A stretch of 64,000 nucleotides of DNA from Candidatus Staskawiczbacteria bacterium RIFOXYB1_FULL_38_37 (GTDB taxonomy: Bacteria; Patescibacteriota; Minisyncoccia; Minisyncoccales; Staskawiczbacteraceae). Location: the NCBI GenBank assembly GCA_001822075.1, contig MHPK01000002.1, positions 75,872-139,871 on the forward strand, written 5' to 3'. The notes under the pieces are model-generated. The model saw nothing but the letters and a program-made list of their open reading frames with translations. It had not been told where the DNA came from and searched no databases. Position numbers and translations under genes: made by a program. How positions within the stretch are numbered: position 1 is the stretch's first letter; each line of letters opens with the position of its first letter. Positions 36,579 to 45,331 of the stretch are shown one piece after another.

Positions 36579-36607
36579 TTTATATCATTTAAAAACCAAT
36601 AAGTCAA
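36579..36607 (-). promoter_or_regulatory. promoter of the antisense micro-operon
   Basis: Minus strand TTGACT - 17 nt - TATAAA with TG-extended -10 (TGATATAAA). Confidence 0.5.
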
Positions 36608-36646
36608 TGCCATTGCATAAAATTTTGATATTTGTTAATATAAAAC

Positions 36647-36675
36647 TTGACTATTGTAAAAAAATAGAATACAAT
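36647..36675 (+). promoter_or_regulatory. promoter in front of tuf
   Basis: TTGACT - 17 nt - TACAAT. Confidence 0.6.
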
Positions 36676-36739
36676 AAAAACACTAATAAATAATCTAATA
36701 CGCTGGCGCCTGGCAAATGGCGCGGCGGAAAAATAAAAA

Positions 36740-37936
36740 ATGTCAGCAGAAAAATTTGAGAGGTCAAAACCTCACGTAAACATTGGCACCATTGGCCACG
36801 TTGACCATGGAAAAACCACTTTGTCAGCCGCAATTATGAAAATTTCAAAATTGCGCGGTTTTATGGCGTCAGACAAAAACGTTGACCAGATTGACGCTTC
36901 TCCCGAAGAAAAGAAAAGGGGAGTCACAATTTCTATTACGCATTTGGAATGCGAAACTCCAAAAAGACACTATGCTTTAATTGACTGCCCGGGCCACGCA
37001 GACTACATTAAAAACATGATTACGGGAGCAGCTCAAATGGACGGCGGAATTTTGCTTGTGTCAGCTCCAGACGGGCCTATGCCCCAGACAAGAGAGCATA
37101 TTCTTTTGGCAAGGCAGGTAGGTTTACCTTCATTGGTTGTATTTATGAACAAATGCGACATGGTTGACGACCCTGAAATTTTAGACCTTGTTGAATCTGA
37201 AGTAAGGGAATTGTTAAAGAAAAACAAATACCCGGGCGACGAAACTCCAATTATAAGAGGTTCAGCTTTGAAAGCTTTGGACGCAACATCTGTTGATGAT
37301 GCGGCCGCCAAGCCAATTGTTGAATTGCTTGATGCAGTAGACAACTATGTTCCAGAGCCTGAAAGAGATTTAGACAAGCCATTTTCAATGGCAATTGAAG
37401 ACGTATTTTCAATTGAAGGAAGAGGAACAGTAGCCACAGGCAGAATCAGTAGAGGAATAATAAAAGCAAACGATGAAGTTGAAATTGTGGGAATAAGGCC
37501 TACACAAAAAACAATTGCAGTGTCTGTTGAAATGTTCCAAAAATCTTTGGATCAGGGGCAGGCAGGCGACAACGTTGGAATTTTGTTAAGAGGCTTGAAA
37601 AAAGAAGATGTTGAAAGAGGCCAGGTAATCTGCAAGCCAGGTTCAATTTCTCCTCACACTGAATTTGAGGCAGAAGTTTATGTTTTGACAAAAGAGGAAG
37701 GCGGAAGGCATACTCCATTCTTTTCAGGGTATAAGCCGCAGCTTTATATTGGAACCTCTGACATAACAGGAGACGTAACTTTAGCTGAAGGAACTGAAAT
37801 GGTTATGCCTGGAGACACAGCCAACTTAAAAATTAAATTGATAGCCCCTGTAGCTTTAGAGGAAAACCAAAGGTTTGCAATCAGGGAGGGCGGAAAAACA
37901 GTTGGCGCTGGAGTAGTAACAAAGATAGCCAAGTAA
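36740..37936 (+). CDS. tuf: elongation factor Tu
   Basis: [28 protein letters not shown]. Confidence 0.98.
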   Translation: MSAEKFERSKPHVNIGTIGHVDHGKTTLSAAIMKISKLRGFMASDKNVDQIDASPEEKKRGVTISITHLECETPKRHYALIDCPGHADYIKNMITGAAQMDGGILLVSAPDGPMPQTREHILLARQVGLPSLVVFMNKCDMVDDPEILDLVESEVRELLKKNKYPGDETPIIRGSALKALDATSVDDAAAKPIVELLDAVDNYVPEPERDLDKPFSMAIEDVFSIEGRGTVATGRISRGIIKANDEVEIVGIRPTQKTIAVSVEMFQKSLDQGQAGDNVGILLRGLKKEDVERGQVICKPGSISPHTEFEAEVYVLTKEEGGRHTPFFSGYKPQLYIGTSDITGDVTLAEGTEMVMPGDTANLKIKLIAPVALEENQRFAIREGGKTVGAGVVTKIAK

Positions 37937-37958
37937 TTAAGGAAAAGTCTGTAATCAA

Positions 37959-38366
37959 ATGCCCGTTAAAAAATCAACTGCTACAAAGAAAAAAGCCAGC
38001 CTGCCTGCCGGCAGGCAGGCAAAAAAGGCAGCAAAAACAGAACAAAAGCCTGCTGAGCAGGCTTTGCCAAAGCTTCGCATAAAATTGCGCGCCTATGACC
38101 ACAAAATAATTGATAACTCAGCTCGCCAGATAATTGACATTGCAAACAGATACGGAGTTGAGGTTATAGGGCCTGTTCCTCTGCCAACAGAGGTGCTAAA
38201 GTTCACTGTAAACAGGTCAAGCTTTGTGCATAAAAACGCAAGAGAGCAGTTTGAAATGCGGGTGCACAAAAGGGTTATAGACATTTTGAATCCCAGCCAA
38301 GAAATAGTAGAAGCCCTGAGAGATTTAAATCTTCCTTCAGGTGTTGACATTACGGTTAAAATATAA
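37959..38366 (+). CDS. rpsJ: 30S ribosomal protein S10 with an apparent 38-aa N-terminal extension
   Basis: Core LRIKLRAYDHKIID..; the extension contains the palindrome at 37999-38020; a later non-ATG start cannot be excluded. Confidence 0.85.
   Translation: MPVKKSTATKKKASLPAGRQAKKAAKTEQKPAEQALPKLRIKLRAYDHKIIDNSARQIIDIANRYGVEVIGPVPLPTEVLKFTVNRSSFVHKNAREQFEMRVHKRVIDILNPSQEIVEALRDLNLPSGVDITVKI
37999..38020. repeat. perfect 22-bp palindrome GCCTGCCTGCCGGCAGGCAGGC in the rpsJ 5' region
   Basis: Read directly; encodes LPAGRQ in the same frame as in copA. Confidence 0.9.
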
Positions 38367-38456
38367 TAACATATAAAATAACAAAAAAAACGAGCGATAG
38401 TTAACTTTTATGGATATTTTTAACCAATAAAATATTCGTAATAACAACATTGCCAG

Positions 38457-38482
38457 AAAAATCGGGCAATTGCCCGATTTTT
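38457..38482 (+). terminator. perfect 26-nt palindrome, terminator/attenuator-like, between rpsJ and rplC
   Basis: AAAAATCGGGCAATTGCCCGATTTTT. Confidence 0.55.
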
Positions 38483-38502
38483 CATTATCAATAATATCAA
38501 TA

Positions 38503-39099
38503 ATGAAGTTTATATTAGGTAAAAAAATTGGAATGTCTCAAATGTTTGATAAAGACGGAAATTTAGTTCCGGTCAGCTTAATATCCGCCGGACCCTGTTA
38601 TTTGCTGCAGCAAAAGAATAAAGAAAAAGATGGATATGACGCTTTGCAGATTGGTTTTGAAAAAATAGAAAAAAAATCGAAAATAAAAAAAACAATGAAA
38701 GGCAAAGAATACAGATATATTCGCGAAATCCGAAATCCGAAATCCGAAATCCGAAATATTGGTGACGAGGTAAATGTGTCTGAATTTCAAGAAGGAGATT
38801 TTGTGAAGGTTTCTGGCATGTCTAAAGGAAAAGGTTTTCAGGGCGGAGTAAAAAGGCATGGGTTTTCAGGCAGGAACGCCACTCACGGAGTAAAGCACGA
38901 ACACAGAACATTAGGTTCTACGGGCAGAAGGTTTCCCCAACATGTGCAAAAAGGAAGAAAAATGCCAGGCCGCATGGGATACGAAAAAGTAAACGTAAAA
39001 AATTTAGAAATAATCAAGGTTGATAAAGAAAATAATTTATTAGTAATAAGAGGGGCGGTTCCGGGAGTAAAGGGAGCATTGCTGGAAATTAGAGCATAA
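38503..39099 (+). CDS. rplC: 50S ribosomal protein L3
   Basis: GKKIGMSQMFD, GKGFQGGVKRHGF; contains a (GAAATCC)n repeat. Confidence 0.95.
   Translation: MKFILGKKIGMSQMFDKDGNLVPVSLISAGPCYLLQQKNKEKDGYDALQIGFEKIEKKSKIKKTMKGKEYRYIREIRNPKSEIRNIGDEVNVSEFQEGDFVKVSGMSKGKGFQGGVKRHGFSGRNATHGVKHEHRTLGSTGRRFPQHVQKGRKMPGRMGYEKVNVKNLEIIKVDKENNLLVIRGAVPGVKGALLEIRA
38725..38757 (+). repeat. tandem heptanucleotide (GAAATCC) x about 4.7 inside rplC
   Basis: Read directly; encodes EIRNPKSEIRN. Confidence 0.9.
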
Positions 39100-39118
39100 A
39101 TATGAAAATTGATTTGTA

Positions 39119-39147
39119 CCCGACAAAAGCTAAAACATTTTGACGGG
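39119..39147 (+). repeat. hairpin CCCGACAAAAGC-TAAAA-CATTTTGACGGG (half copy of the 72-bp element)
   Basis: Both 12-nt arms identical to those at 16462-16491 and 39871-39900. Confidence 0.8.
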
Positions 39148-39163
39148 CAAGCAACTAAAAGAA

Positions 39164-39793
39164 ATGAAATATCCTGTTTATAATATTGATGGGAAAGAAA
39201 TTGAAAGCACAAATTTACCCAAAAAGATATTTGAGGTTGCTTTTAACGCTGATTTGGTGCATCAAGTTGCTGTTTCTCAAATGGCAAATAAAAGGCAGAT
39301 TTCAGCTCACGCAAAAACCAGGGCGGAAGTAAGGGGCGGAGGCAGAAAGCCATGGCGCCAGAAAGGAACAGGAAGAGCAAGGCACGGTTCAAGCCGTTCG
39401 CCAATCTGGAGAGGGGGCGGAATAACTTTTGGGCCAAGAAATGACAAAGTGTATGCAAAAAATCTGCCCAAAAAAATGAGAAGAAAAGCTTTGTTTATGG
39501 CGCTTTCAGAAAAAGCCAGAAACAGCCAATTAATTATTTTAGATAAAATAGAATTAGAAAAAGGAAAAACAAAAGAAATGGCAAAAATTATTTCAGCTCT
39601 TCCTTGCAAAAATCAAAGCTGTTTGCTTGCTTTGCCAAATCACGACAAGAAAATATTTTTAGCTTCAAGAAACATTAAAAAAACAAATATTGAAGACGCA
39701 AGAAATTTAAATGTGCTCGACGTGCTGAATTCAAAGTATTTATTAATAATAAAAGAAAGCATTAAAACAATCGAAAAAACTTTTGTAAAATAA
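39164..39793 (+). CDS. rplD: 50S ribosomal protein L4
   Basis: KTRAEVRGGGRKPWRQKGTGRAR. Confidence 0.95.
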   Translation: MKYPVYNIDGKEIESTNLPKKIFEVAFNADLVHQVAVSQMANKRQISAHAKTRAEVRGGGRKPWRQKGTGRARHGSSRSPIWRGGGITFGPRNDKVYAKNLPKKMRRKALFMALSEKARNSQLIILDKIELEKGKTKEMAKIISALPCKNQSCLLALPNHDKKIFLASRNIKKTNIEDARNLNVLDVLNSKYLLIIKESIKTIEKTFVK

Positions 39794-39795
39794 CT

Positions 39796-40269
39796 ATGGC
39801 TTTATTTGATTTTTTAAAAAGAAAAAAAGAGATAGAAAAGTCCAAAGAAGTCAGGAAGACCGCAAAAAAACCCGACAAAAGCCGAAGGCATTTTGACGGG
39901 CCCGCCACAATTTCGCCGAAGGCGAATTTGGGCGGGGAAGAAAAGCCAGAAACCGTTGTCCAAAAGCCAGTTGCAAGACCAAAAAAGAACGTTAAATTTT
40001 CATATGAGGCCATAACAAAGCCGCACATATCAGAAAAAGCCACATATTTGGCAGAAAAAAATCAATATATTTTTGTAGTTCCCGTTTCCTATAATAAAAA
40101 AGAAATTAAAAATTCTGTAGAAGGGATTTACAATGTGGATGTGCTGTCTGTCAACAAAGTTAAAATTCCAGCAAAAAAAAGAAGGATAGGCGCTACGCAG
40201 GGGTTTAAAAAAGGATTTGTGAAAGCAATAGTAAAAATAAAGGAAGGTCAAAAAATAGAGGTTTTGTAA
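39796..40269 (+). CDS. rplW: 50S ribosomal protein L23 with a long N-terminal extension
   Basis: Core ITKPHISEKATYL..; the roughly 65-aa extension contains the repeat at 39868-39939. Confidence 0.85.
   Translation: MALFDFLKRKKEIEKSKEVRKTAKKPDKSRRHFDGPATISPKANLGGEEKPETVVQKPVARPKKNVKFSYEAITKPHISEKATYLAEKNQYIFVVPVSYNKKEIKNSVEGIYNVDVLSVNKVKIPAKKRRIGATQGFKKGFVKAIVKIKEGQKIEVL
39868..39939 (+). repeat. 72-bp G+C-rich double-hairpin element, copy B
   Basis: 67/72 identical to 16459-16530, same reading frame. Confidence 0.9.
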
Positions 40270-40273
40270 TATT

Positions 40274-41101
40274 ATGAAAGTATATAAGCCAACAACTCCA
40301 TCTCGCAGAGGCATGACAGGCATAGACTTTTCCGAGCTTTCTAATAAAAGGCCAGAAAAGAGCCTTTTGAAATATGTGAAAAGGCAGCAAGGCAGGTCAG
40401 CGTCTTCTGGCAGAATAACAACAAGGCACAAGGGAGGAGGAGTAAAAAAGCTTTACAGAATAATTGAATTTTCACAAACAAAAAAAGACATTCCAGCAAA
40501 AGTGATAGCTTTAGAATACGACCCAAATAGAACAGCATTCATTGCTTTAATTGAATATAAAAATAACGGAAAGCAATACATTATAGCTCCTCAAGGGTTG
40601 AAAATTGATGATGAGGTTGTTTTTTCAGATGCTGGATTTTTAAATCCAGGCAACAGAATGAAATTAAAAAATATTTTAGTGGGAACCATGGTTTATAATG
40701 TTGAGTTAGAACCCGAAAAAGGCGGAAAAATAGTAAGATCGGCTGGCAGTTCGGCCCAAGTTTTAGCTCATGACGGGGATTACACAAATTTGAAAATGCC
40801 TTCTGGAGAAATAAGAAAATTCAGAGGTGAGTGCTTTGCATCAATTGGCATGGTTTCAAATCCAGAAAACAGGTTTTATAATACAGGAAAAGCAGGCAGG
40901 AACAGAAAAAGAGGAATAAGGCCCACAGTAAGGGGTTCCGCTATGAATCCAGTTGACCATCCTCACGGAGGTGGCGAGGGCAGGCAGCCGATTGGATTAA
41001 AGCATCCAAAGACTCCTTGGGGGAAGCCGGCCTTGGGAGTAAAAACAAGAAAAAGGAACAAGTGGTCAAATAAATTAATAATTCAAAGAAGGAAGAAATA
41101 A
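40274..41101 (+). CDS. rplB: 50S ribosomal protein L2
   Basis: GRNRKRGIRPTVRGSAMNPVDHPHGGGEG. Confidence 0.97.
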   Translation: MKVYKPTTPSRRGMTGIDFSELSNKRPEKSLLKYVKRQQGRSASSGRITTRHKGGGVKKLYRIIEFSQTKKDIPAKVIALEYDPNRTAFIALIEYKNNGKQYIIAPQGLKIDDEVVFSDAGFLNPGNRMKLKNILVGTMVYNVELEPEKGGKIVRSAGSSAQVLAHDGDYTNLKMPSGEIRKFRGECFASIGMVSNPENRFYNTGKAGRNRKRGIRPTVRGSAMNPVDHPHGGGEGRQPIGLKHPKTPWGKPALGVKTRKRNKWSNKLIIQRRKK

Positions 41102-41107
41102 ATCATC

Positions 41108-41437
41108 ATGTCAAGAAGTTTAAAAAAAGGACCATATATAGATGAAAAGCTTTTGAAAAAGATTTTGAATTTGAGAGCAGGCCAAAAAACCATTATAAAA
41201 ACATGGGCAAGGAGTTCTTCAATTGCGCCGGAAATGGTGGGCCACACCTTTGGAGTGCATAACGGAAAGGAGTTCGTGCCGGTTTATGTTTCAGAAGATA
41301 TGGTGGGCCACAAGCTTGGCGAGTTTGCGCCTACGACAAAATTCGTAAGGCACGGAGGCAAGATGCAAAGGGAATTGGAAGCGGGGGCTGAACAAAAAGA
41401 AGCTGCAAAAATAGAAGCAGAAAAGCCAAAACAATAA
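41108..41437 (+). CDS. rpsS: 30S ribosomal protein S19
   Basis: [23 protein letters not shown]. Confidence 0.95.
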   Translation: MSRSLKKGPYIDEKLLKKILNLRAGQKTIIKTWARSSSIAPEMVGHTFGVHNGKEFVPVYVSEDMVGHKLGEFAPTTKFVRHGGKMQRELEAGAEQKEAAKIEAEKPKQ

Positions 41438-41449
41438 AGATTTAATAAT

Positions 41450-41902
41450 ATGGAAGTAAAAGTAAAATTAAACAATTTAAGAGTAGCTCCGCGCAAGTCA
41501 AGGCTTGTCGCAGATTTAGTAAGGGGAAAAACTTTATTTGAGGCAAGGACTATTCTTTCTTTTACAACAAATAAATCAGCAAGAAATTTGTTAAAGCTTT
41601 TAAATTCAGCTGCAGCTTCCGCAAAAAACGATTTTAAGATTGATGAAAACACTTTATCTATTGCCAAGATTTGCGTTGATGAAGGCCCGAAATTGAAGAG
41701 GTGGCACCCTATGTCGCGCGGAAGGGCATACCCTATAATAAAACGCACTTCAAACATAACTTTAGTTCTTGGAGAAATTAACAAGACAGAGAAAAAAGCA
41801 GGCAAAAAAATCTTAAATTCTAAATCCAAAATCAAAAACAAATCCCAATCGCCAAAAACTAATCTTAAAAAAAGCCGTCGTGTTTTAAAAACTAAAAATT
41901 AG
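41450..41902 (+). CDS. rplV: 50S ribosomal protein L22 with a low-complexity basic C-terminal tail
   Basis: RVAPRKSRLVADLVRGK; tail encoded by CA-rich low-complexity DNA 41808-41905. Confidence 0.9.
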   Translation: MEVKVKLNNLRVAPRKSRLVADLVRGKTLFEARTILSFTTNKSARNLLKLLNSAAASAKNDFKIDENTLSIAKICVDEGPKLKRWHPMSRGRAYPIIKRTSNITLVLGEINKTEKKAGKKILNSKSKIKNKSQSPKTNLKKSRRVLKTKN

Positions 41903-41915
41903 AAATTTCACAGAT

Positions 41916-42584
41916 ATGTCACACAAGGTTCATCCAAAAGCATATAGAATAAAAGGAATAGAAGATTGGAATATCAGGGGTTTTTATGGTAAAAAAATGC
42001 CACGTTATCTTGCGGAAGATTTTTTGATAAAAGATTTTTTAAGAAAAAAATTAAAGGAAGCTTCTGTGGCTAATATAGAAATAGAACATTCAGCCAACAA
42101 ATTAAATATAATTATTTATACTGCAAGGCCAGGACTTATAATCGGCAGAGGCGGAGAAGGAATTGAATTGTTGAAATTGGAAATAGAAAAGAAAGTTAGA
42201 AAAAAAAATACAAAAAAACAAGCCAAAGCTGAGGGCGAAAGGGAAATTAAAATAGAAATTAAGGAAGTAAAAAATCCATGGATAAGCGCCTCTTTGGTAG
42301 CTCAAATGGCTGCCCAGCAAATAGAAAAAAGAATACCTTTCAGGCAAGTTTTGAAAAAGTCTATAGATAGAGTTATTACTAACAGAGAGGTCAAGGGAAT
42401 AAGAATGGAAGTTGCAGGAAGGCTTAATGGCATTGAGATTGCAAGAAGAGAGTGGCTTGCCCAAGGCAGGCTTCCCAGAAGCACATTAAGAGCTGACATT
42501 GATTATGCACAGGACGAAGCTTTTTGCACTTATGGAAAAATAGGAATAAAGGTCTGGATATATAAAGGAGATAAATTTGATTAA
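41916..42584 (+). CDS. rpsC: 30S ribosomal protein S3
   Basis: MSHKVHPKAYRI, RPGLIIGRGGEGIE, GRLNGIEIAR. Confidence 0.95.
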   Translation: MSHKVHPKAYRIKGIEDWNIRGFYGKKMPRYLAEDFLIKDFLRKKLKEASVANIEIEHSANKLNIIIYTARPGLIIGRGGEGIELLKLEIEKKVRKKNTKKQAKAEGEREIKIEIKEVKNPWISASLVAQMAAQQIEKRIPFRQVLKKSIDRVITNREVKGIRMEVAGRLNGIEIARREWLAQGRLPRSTLRADIDYAQDEAFCTYGKIGIKVWIYKGDKFD

Positions 42585-42594
42585 TTTATAAAAT

Positions 42595-43017
42595 ATGGCT
42601 ATATTAATGCCCAAAAAAGTAAAGCACAGAAAATGGCACAAAGGAAGAGGAAGATCCCGGGTTTCTATAGAAACAAGGGCAACCGAATTGAACTTCGGCA
42701 GCTTTGGGTTAAAATCTTTGGGAACAAAATGGATAACAGCCCGCCAGCTTGAATCTGCAAGGCGCCATATCATAAGATATATGAAAAAAGGAGGAAAACT
42801 TTGGGTAAGAATTTTTCCGGACAAGCCCGTTACTTTTAAAGGAGCTGAAGTCGGCATGGGCGGCGGGAAGGGAGGCGTTGACCATTATGTTTACCCTATA
42901 AAGCCAGGCAGAATGATTTTTGAGATAGACGGATTAAAAGAGGAAATTGCCAAAGAAGCGCTTGAAGGGGCTGCAAAAAAATTGCCTATTAAGACAAAAT
43001 TTGTAAAAAGACAATAA
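42595..43017 (+). CDS. rplP: 50S ribosomal protein L16
   Basis: MPKKVKHRKWHKGR, RIFPDKPVT.K..EV.MG.GKG. Confidence 0.95.
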   Translation: MAILMPKKVKHRKWHKGRGRSRVSIETRATELNFGSFGLKSLGTKWITARQLESARRHIIRYMKKGGKLWVRIFPDKPVTFKGAEVGMGGGKGGVDHYVYPIKPGRMIFEIDGLKEEIAKEALEGAAKKLPIKTKFVKRQ

Positions 43018-43022
43018 ATATC

Positions 43023-43211
43023 ATGAAAGCTGAAGAATTAAGAAAAAAAGATAAAAAGGAGCTTGAAAAAACAGTTAGCGACCTTAGGAAAAGACTGGGC
43101 GACCTCAGGTTTAAATTTTCGTCCAACAAGCTAAAAAATGTCAAAGAAATAAGCAATACAAAAAAAGAAGTGGCAAGAATATTAACAATATTAAGCGAAT
43201 ATGGCAAATAA
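43023..43211 (+). CDS. rpmC: 50S ribosomal protein L29
   Basis: 62 aa; [19 protein letters not shown]; position. Confidence 0.9.
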   Translation: MKAEELRKKDKKELEKTVSDLRKRLGDLRFKFSSNKLKNVKEISNTKKEVARILTILSEYGK

Positions 43212-43434
43212 AAAATTACAAGGCATTGTGGTTTCAGATAAGATGGAAAAAACAGTTGTAGTGCAGGTTGAAAGGATAAAAGAACACCCCAAATACAAGA
43301 GGAGATATAAAATCCACAAAAAATATAAGGCGCACGACCAAGCCAACCAATACCATGTTGGAGACAAGGTTGTAATACAAGAAACAAAACCCATTTCAAA
43401 AGATAAAAGGTGGAAAGTTATAGAAAAAATTTAA
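43201..43434 (+). CDS. rpsQ: 30S ribosomal protein S17
   Basis: [19 protein letters not shown]...HPKY.KR. Confidence 0.93.
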   Translation: MANKKLQGIVVSDKMEKTVVVQVERIKEHPKYKRRYKIHKKYKAHDQANQYHVGDKVVIQETKPISKDKRWKVIEKI

Positions 43435-43443
43435 TAAATTACC

Positions 43444-43812
43444 ATGATACAAACAAGGTCAATGTTAAAAGTGGCAGACAATACTGGAGCTAAAATTATC
43501 CAGGTGATTAATGTGCCCGGAGGAACCCGCAAAAGATACGCTCAGCTGGGAGACATTGTGGTGGCTGCTGTAAAAAAAGCAGAACCCAGAAAGATTGTTA
43601 AAAAGCATGACAAAGTAAAGGCTGTAATTATAAGGCAGAAAAAAGAATATAAGAGAGCTGACGGCTCATACATAAGGTTTGACGACAATGCAGCTGTGAT
43701 TTTAGGAGACGGCAAATTGCCAAAAGGCGGAAGAGTTTTTGGGCCGACAGCAAGAGAAGTAAAAGAAAAAGGTTTTGATAAAATAGCTATGATGGCGTCA
43801 GAACTTTTATAA
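43444..43812 (+). CDS. rplN: 50S ribosomal protein L14
   Basis: MIQTRSMLKVADNTGAK. Confidence 0.97.
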   Translation: MIQTRSMLKVADNTGAKIIQVINVPGGTRKRYAQLGDIVVAAVKKAEPRKIVKKHDKVKAVIIRQKKEYKRADGSYIRFDDNAAVILGDGKLPKGGRVFGPTAREVKEKGFDKIAMMASELL

Positions 43813-43816
43813 AAAA

Positions 43817-44122
43817 ATGAAAGTAAAAAAAGGCGATACAATTTTAGTAATATCAGGCAAAGACAAGGGCAAGGTAGCTAAGATATTAAAATCTCTCCCA
43901 AGAGAGCGGAAGGTTTTAGTTGATGGGGTTAATTTAAAGAAAAAGCACGTTAGGCCGAAAAGAGAAGGAGAAAAAGGCCAGGTAGTGCAGGTGCCGGCTC
44001 CATTGGAGGTTTCTAATATAAAAATAGTATGTCCAAAATGCGGAAAGCCCGTCAGAATAGGCTATAAAGTCGAAAAAGACATTAAATCAAGAATTTGTAA
44101 AAAATGCGGCCAGGCTATTTAA
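43817..44122 (+). CDS. rplX: 50S ribosomal protein L24 (with C-terminal CxxC..CxxC ribbon)
   Basis: MKVKKGDTILVISGKDKGK; CPKCG..CKKCG. Confidence 0.9.
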   Translation: MKVKKGDTILVISGKDKGKVAKILKSLPRERKVLVDGVNLKKKHVRPKREGEKGQVVQVPAPLEVSNIKIVCPKCGKPVRIGYKVEKDIKSRICKKCGQAI

Positions 44123-44137
44123 GCTTCTTATTGAATT

Positions 44138-44692
44138 ATGAAAAAATTAGCAGAAACATATAAAAAAGAAGTAATTCCTGCTATGATGGAGAAATTCGGA
44201 TACAAGAATCCGATGGCTGTTCCTTCTATTAAAAAAGTTGTTGTAAACAGCTCTTTTGGAAAAAGTATCGCAGGAAAAACAGGCGGAGAAAGAACAAAAA
44301 TACAAGATTTGATAATGCAAGACATTGCCCTTATAACAGGCCAAAAGCCAAAACTGGTGAAGTCAAAAAAATCAATAGCAGGCTTTAAGCTAAGAGAGGG
44401 CTTAGAAATTGCGGCTGTTTCAACTTTAAGAAAAAAAAGAATGTGGGACTTTTTAGAAAGGTTTATATATTTGTCTTTGCCAAGGTCCCGCGACTTTAAA
44501 GGAATCGACCAAAAATCAATAGACAGCCATGGAAATTTGAACTTAGGCTTCAAAGAGCACATTTCTTTCCCAGAGATTTTTACAGAAAAAGAAAAAACTA
44601 TTTTTGGGCTTGAGATTACAATATCTGTTAACGCAAAAAGCAAAGAACAAGGATTAGAATTATATAAATTATTAGGATTTCCAATTAAATAA
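44138..44692 (+). CDS. rplE: 50S ribosomal protein L5
   Basis: NPMAVPSIKKVVVN, RMWDFLERFI, LPRSRDFKG. Confidence 0.95.
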   Translation: MKKLAETYKKEVIPAMMEKFGYKNPMAVPSIKKVVVNSSFGKSIAGKTGGERTKIQDLIMQDIALITGQKPKLVKSKKSIAGFKLREGLEIAAVSTLRKKRMWDFLERFIYLSLPRSRDFKGIDQKSIDSHGNLNLGFKEHISFPEIFTEKEKTIFGLEITISVNAKSKEQGLELYKLLGFPIK

Positions 44693-44695
44693 GTT

Positions 44696-44881
44696 ATGGC
44701 AAAAACATCCCAAGAAGTAAAAGCAAAAAGAAAACCGAAATATTCCACCAGAAATGTGAGGCGCTGTTTTAAATGCGGAAGAAGAAGGGGGTTTATGAGA
44801 AAATTCGGGCTTTGCAGAATATGTTTTAGAGAATTGGCAAACAAAGGAGAAATACCGGGAATTAAAAAATCAAGTTGGTAA
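44696..44881 (+). CDS. rpsN: 30S ribosomal protein S14, zinc-binding (type Z)
   Basis: 61 aa; [20 protein letters not shown]. Confidence 0.93.
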   Translation: MAKTSQEVKAKRKPKYSTRNVRRCFKCGRRRGFMRKFGLCRICFRELANKGEIPGIKKSSW

Positions 44882-44901
44882 TATAACCTAAAACCAAAAA
44901 A

Positions 44902-45291
44902 ATGACAGATCCAATAACAGATATGTTAAATCAAATAAAAAATGCCCAGGCTGTTGAAAAGCCGGAAGTTTTGATTCCTCTTTCAAATATAAAATATGAA
45001 ATTGCCAGAATTTTGTCTGAACGGCATTTTATTGGGGAAATCAAAAAATCTGTAAAAGGAAAGCATAAAATTATAAAAATAGCCTTGAAATACGAAAATG
45101 GAAGCCCTAAAATATCAGGATTAAAAAGAGTTTCAAAGCCAGGCCAAAAGATTTATGAAAAATCTTCTGAGATTAAGAGGGTGCATGGAGGATTTGGAAT
45201 ATCAATAATCTCAACATCAAAGGGGCTTATGACAAACATAGAAGCAAGAAAACAGAAGTTAGGAGGAGAAGTAATATGCGAAGTCTGGTAG
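44902..45291 (+). CDS. rpsH: 30S ribosomal protein S8
   Basis: MTDPITDMLNQIKNA; C-terminal GGEVICEVW. Confidence 0.95.
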   Translation: MTDPITDMLNQIKNAQAVEKPEVLIPLSNIKYEIARILSERHFIGEIKKSVKGKHKIIKIALKYENGSPKISGLKRVSKPGQKIYEKSSEIKRVHGGFGISIISTSKGLMTNIEARKQKLGGEVICEVW

Positions 45292-45331
45292 AACAAATTT
45301 TAAAAATTAAAAATTACAAAATTAAAAACTC

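Noticed and set aside
38725-38757. CRISPR array possibility for the various short repeats (heptamer tract, AAATCCGAA words, 63-nt duplicate, 28-bp direct repeat)
   Set aside because: There is no regular repeat-spacer-repeat organisation and no cas genes. The repeats are tandem microsatellite-like, hairpin arms, or just two distant copies.
44128-44844. 238-aa ORF antisense to rplE/rpsN, and similar long antisense ORFs (41284-41841 opposite rplV; 42989-43399; 22300-22925 inside copA; 4532-4903; 29293-29700)
   Set aside because: They lie opposite strongly conserved genes. Their products are low-complexity and Phe/Leu/Ser/Ile-rich, as expected from reverse complements of AT-rich coding DNA, and they have no independent signals.
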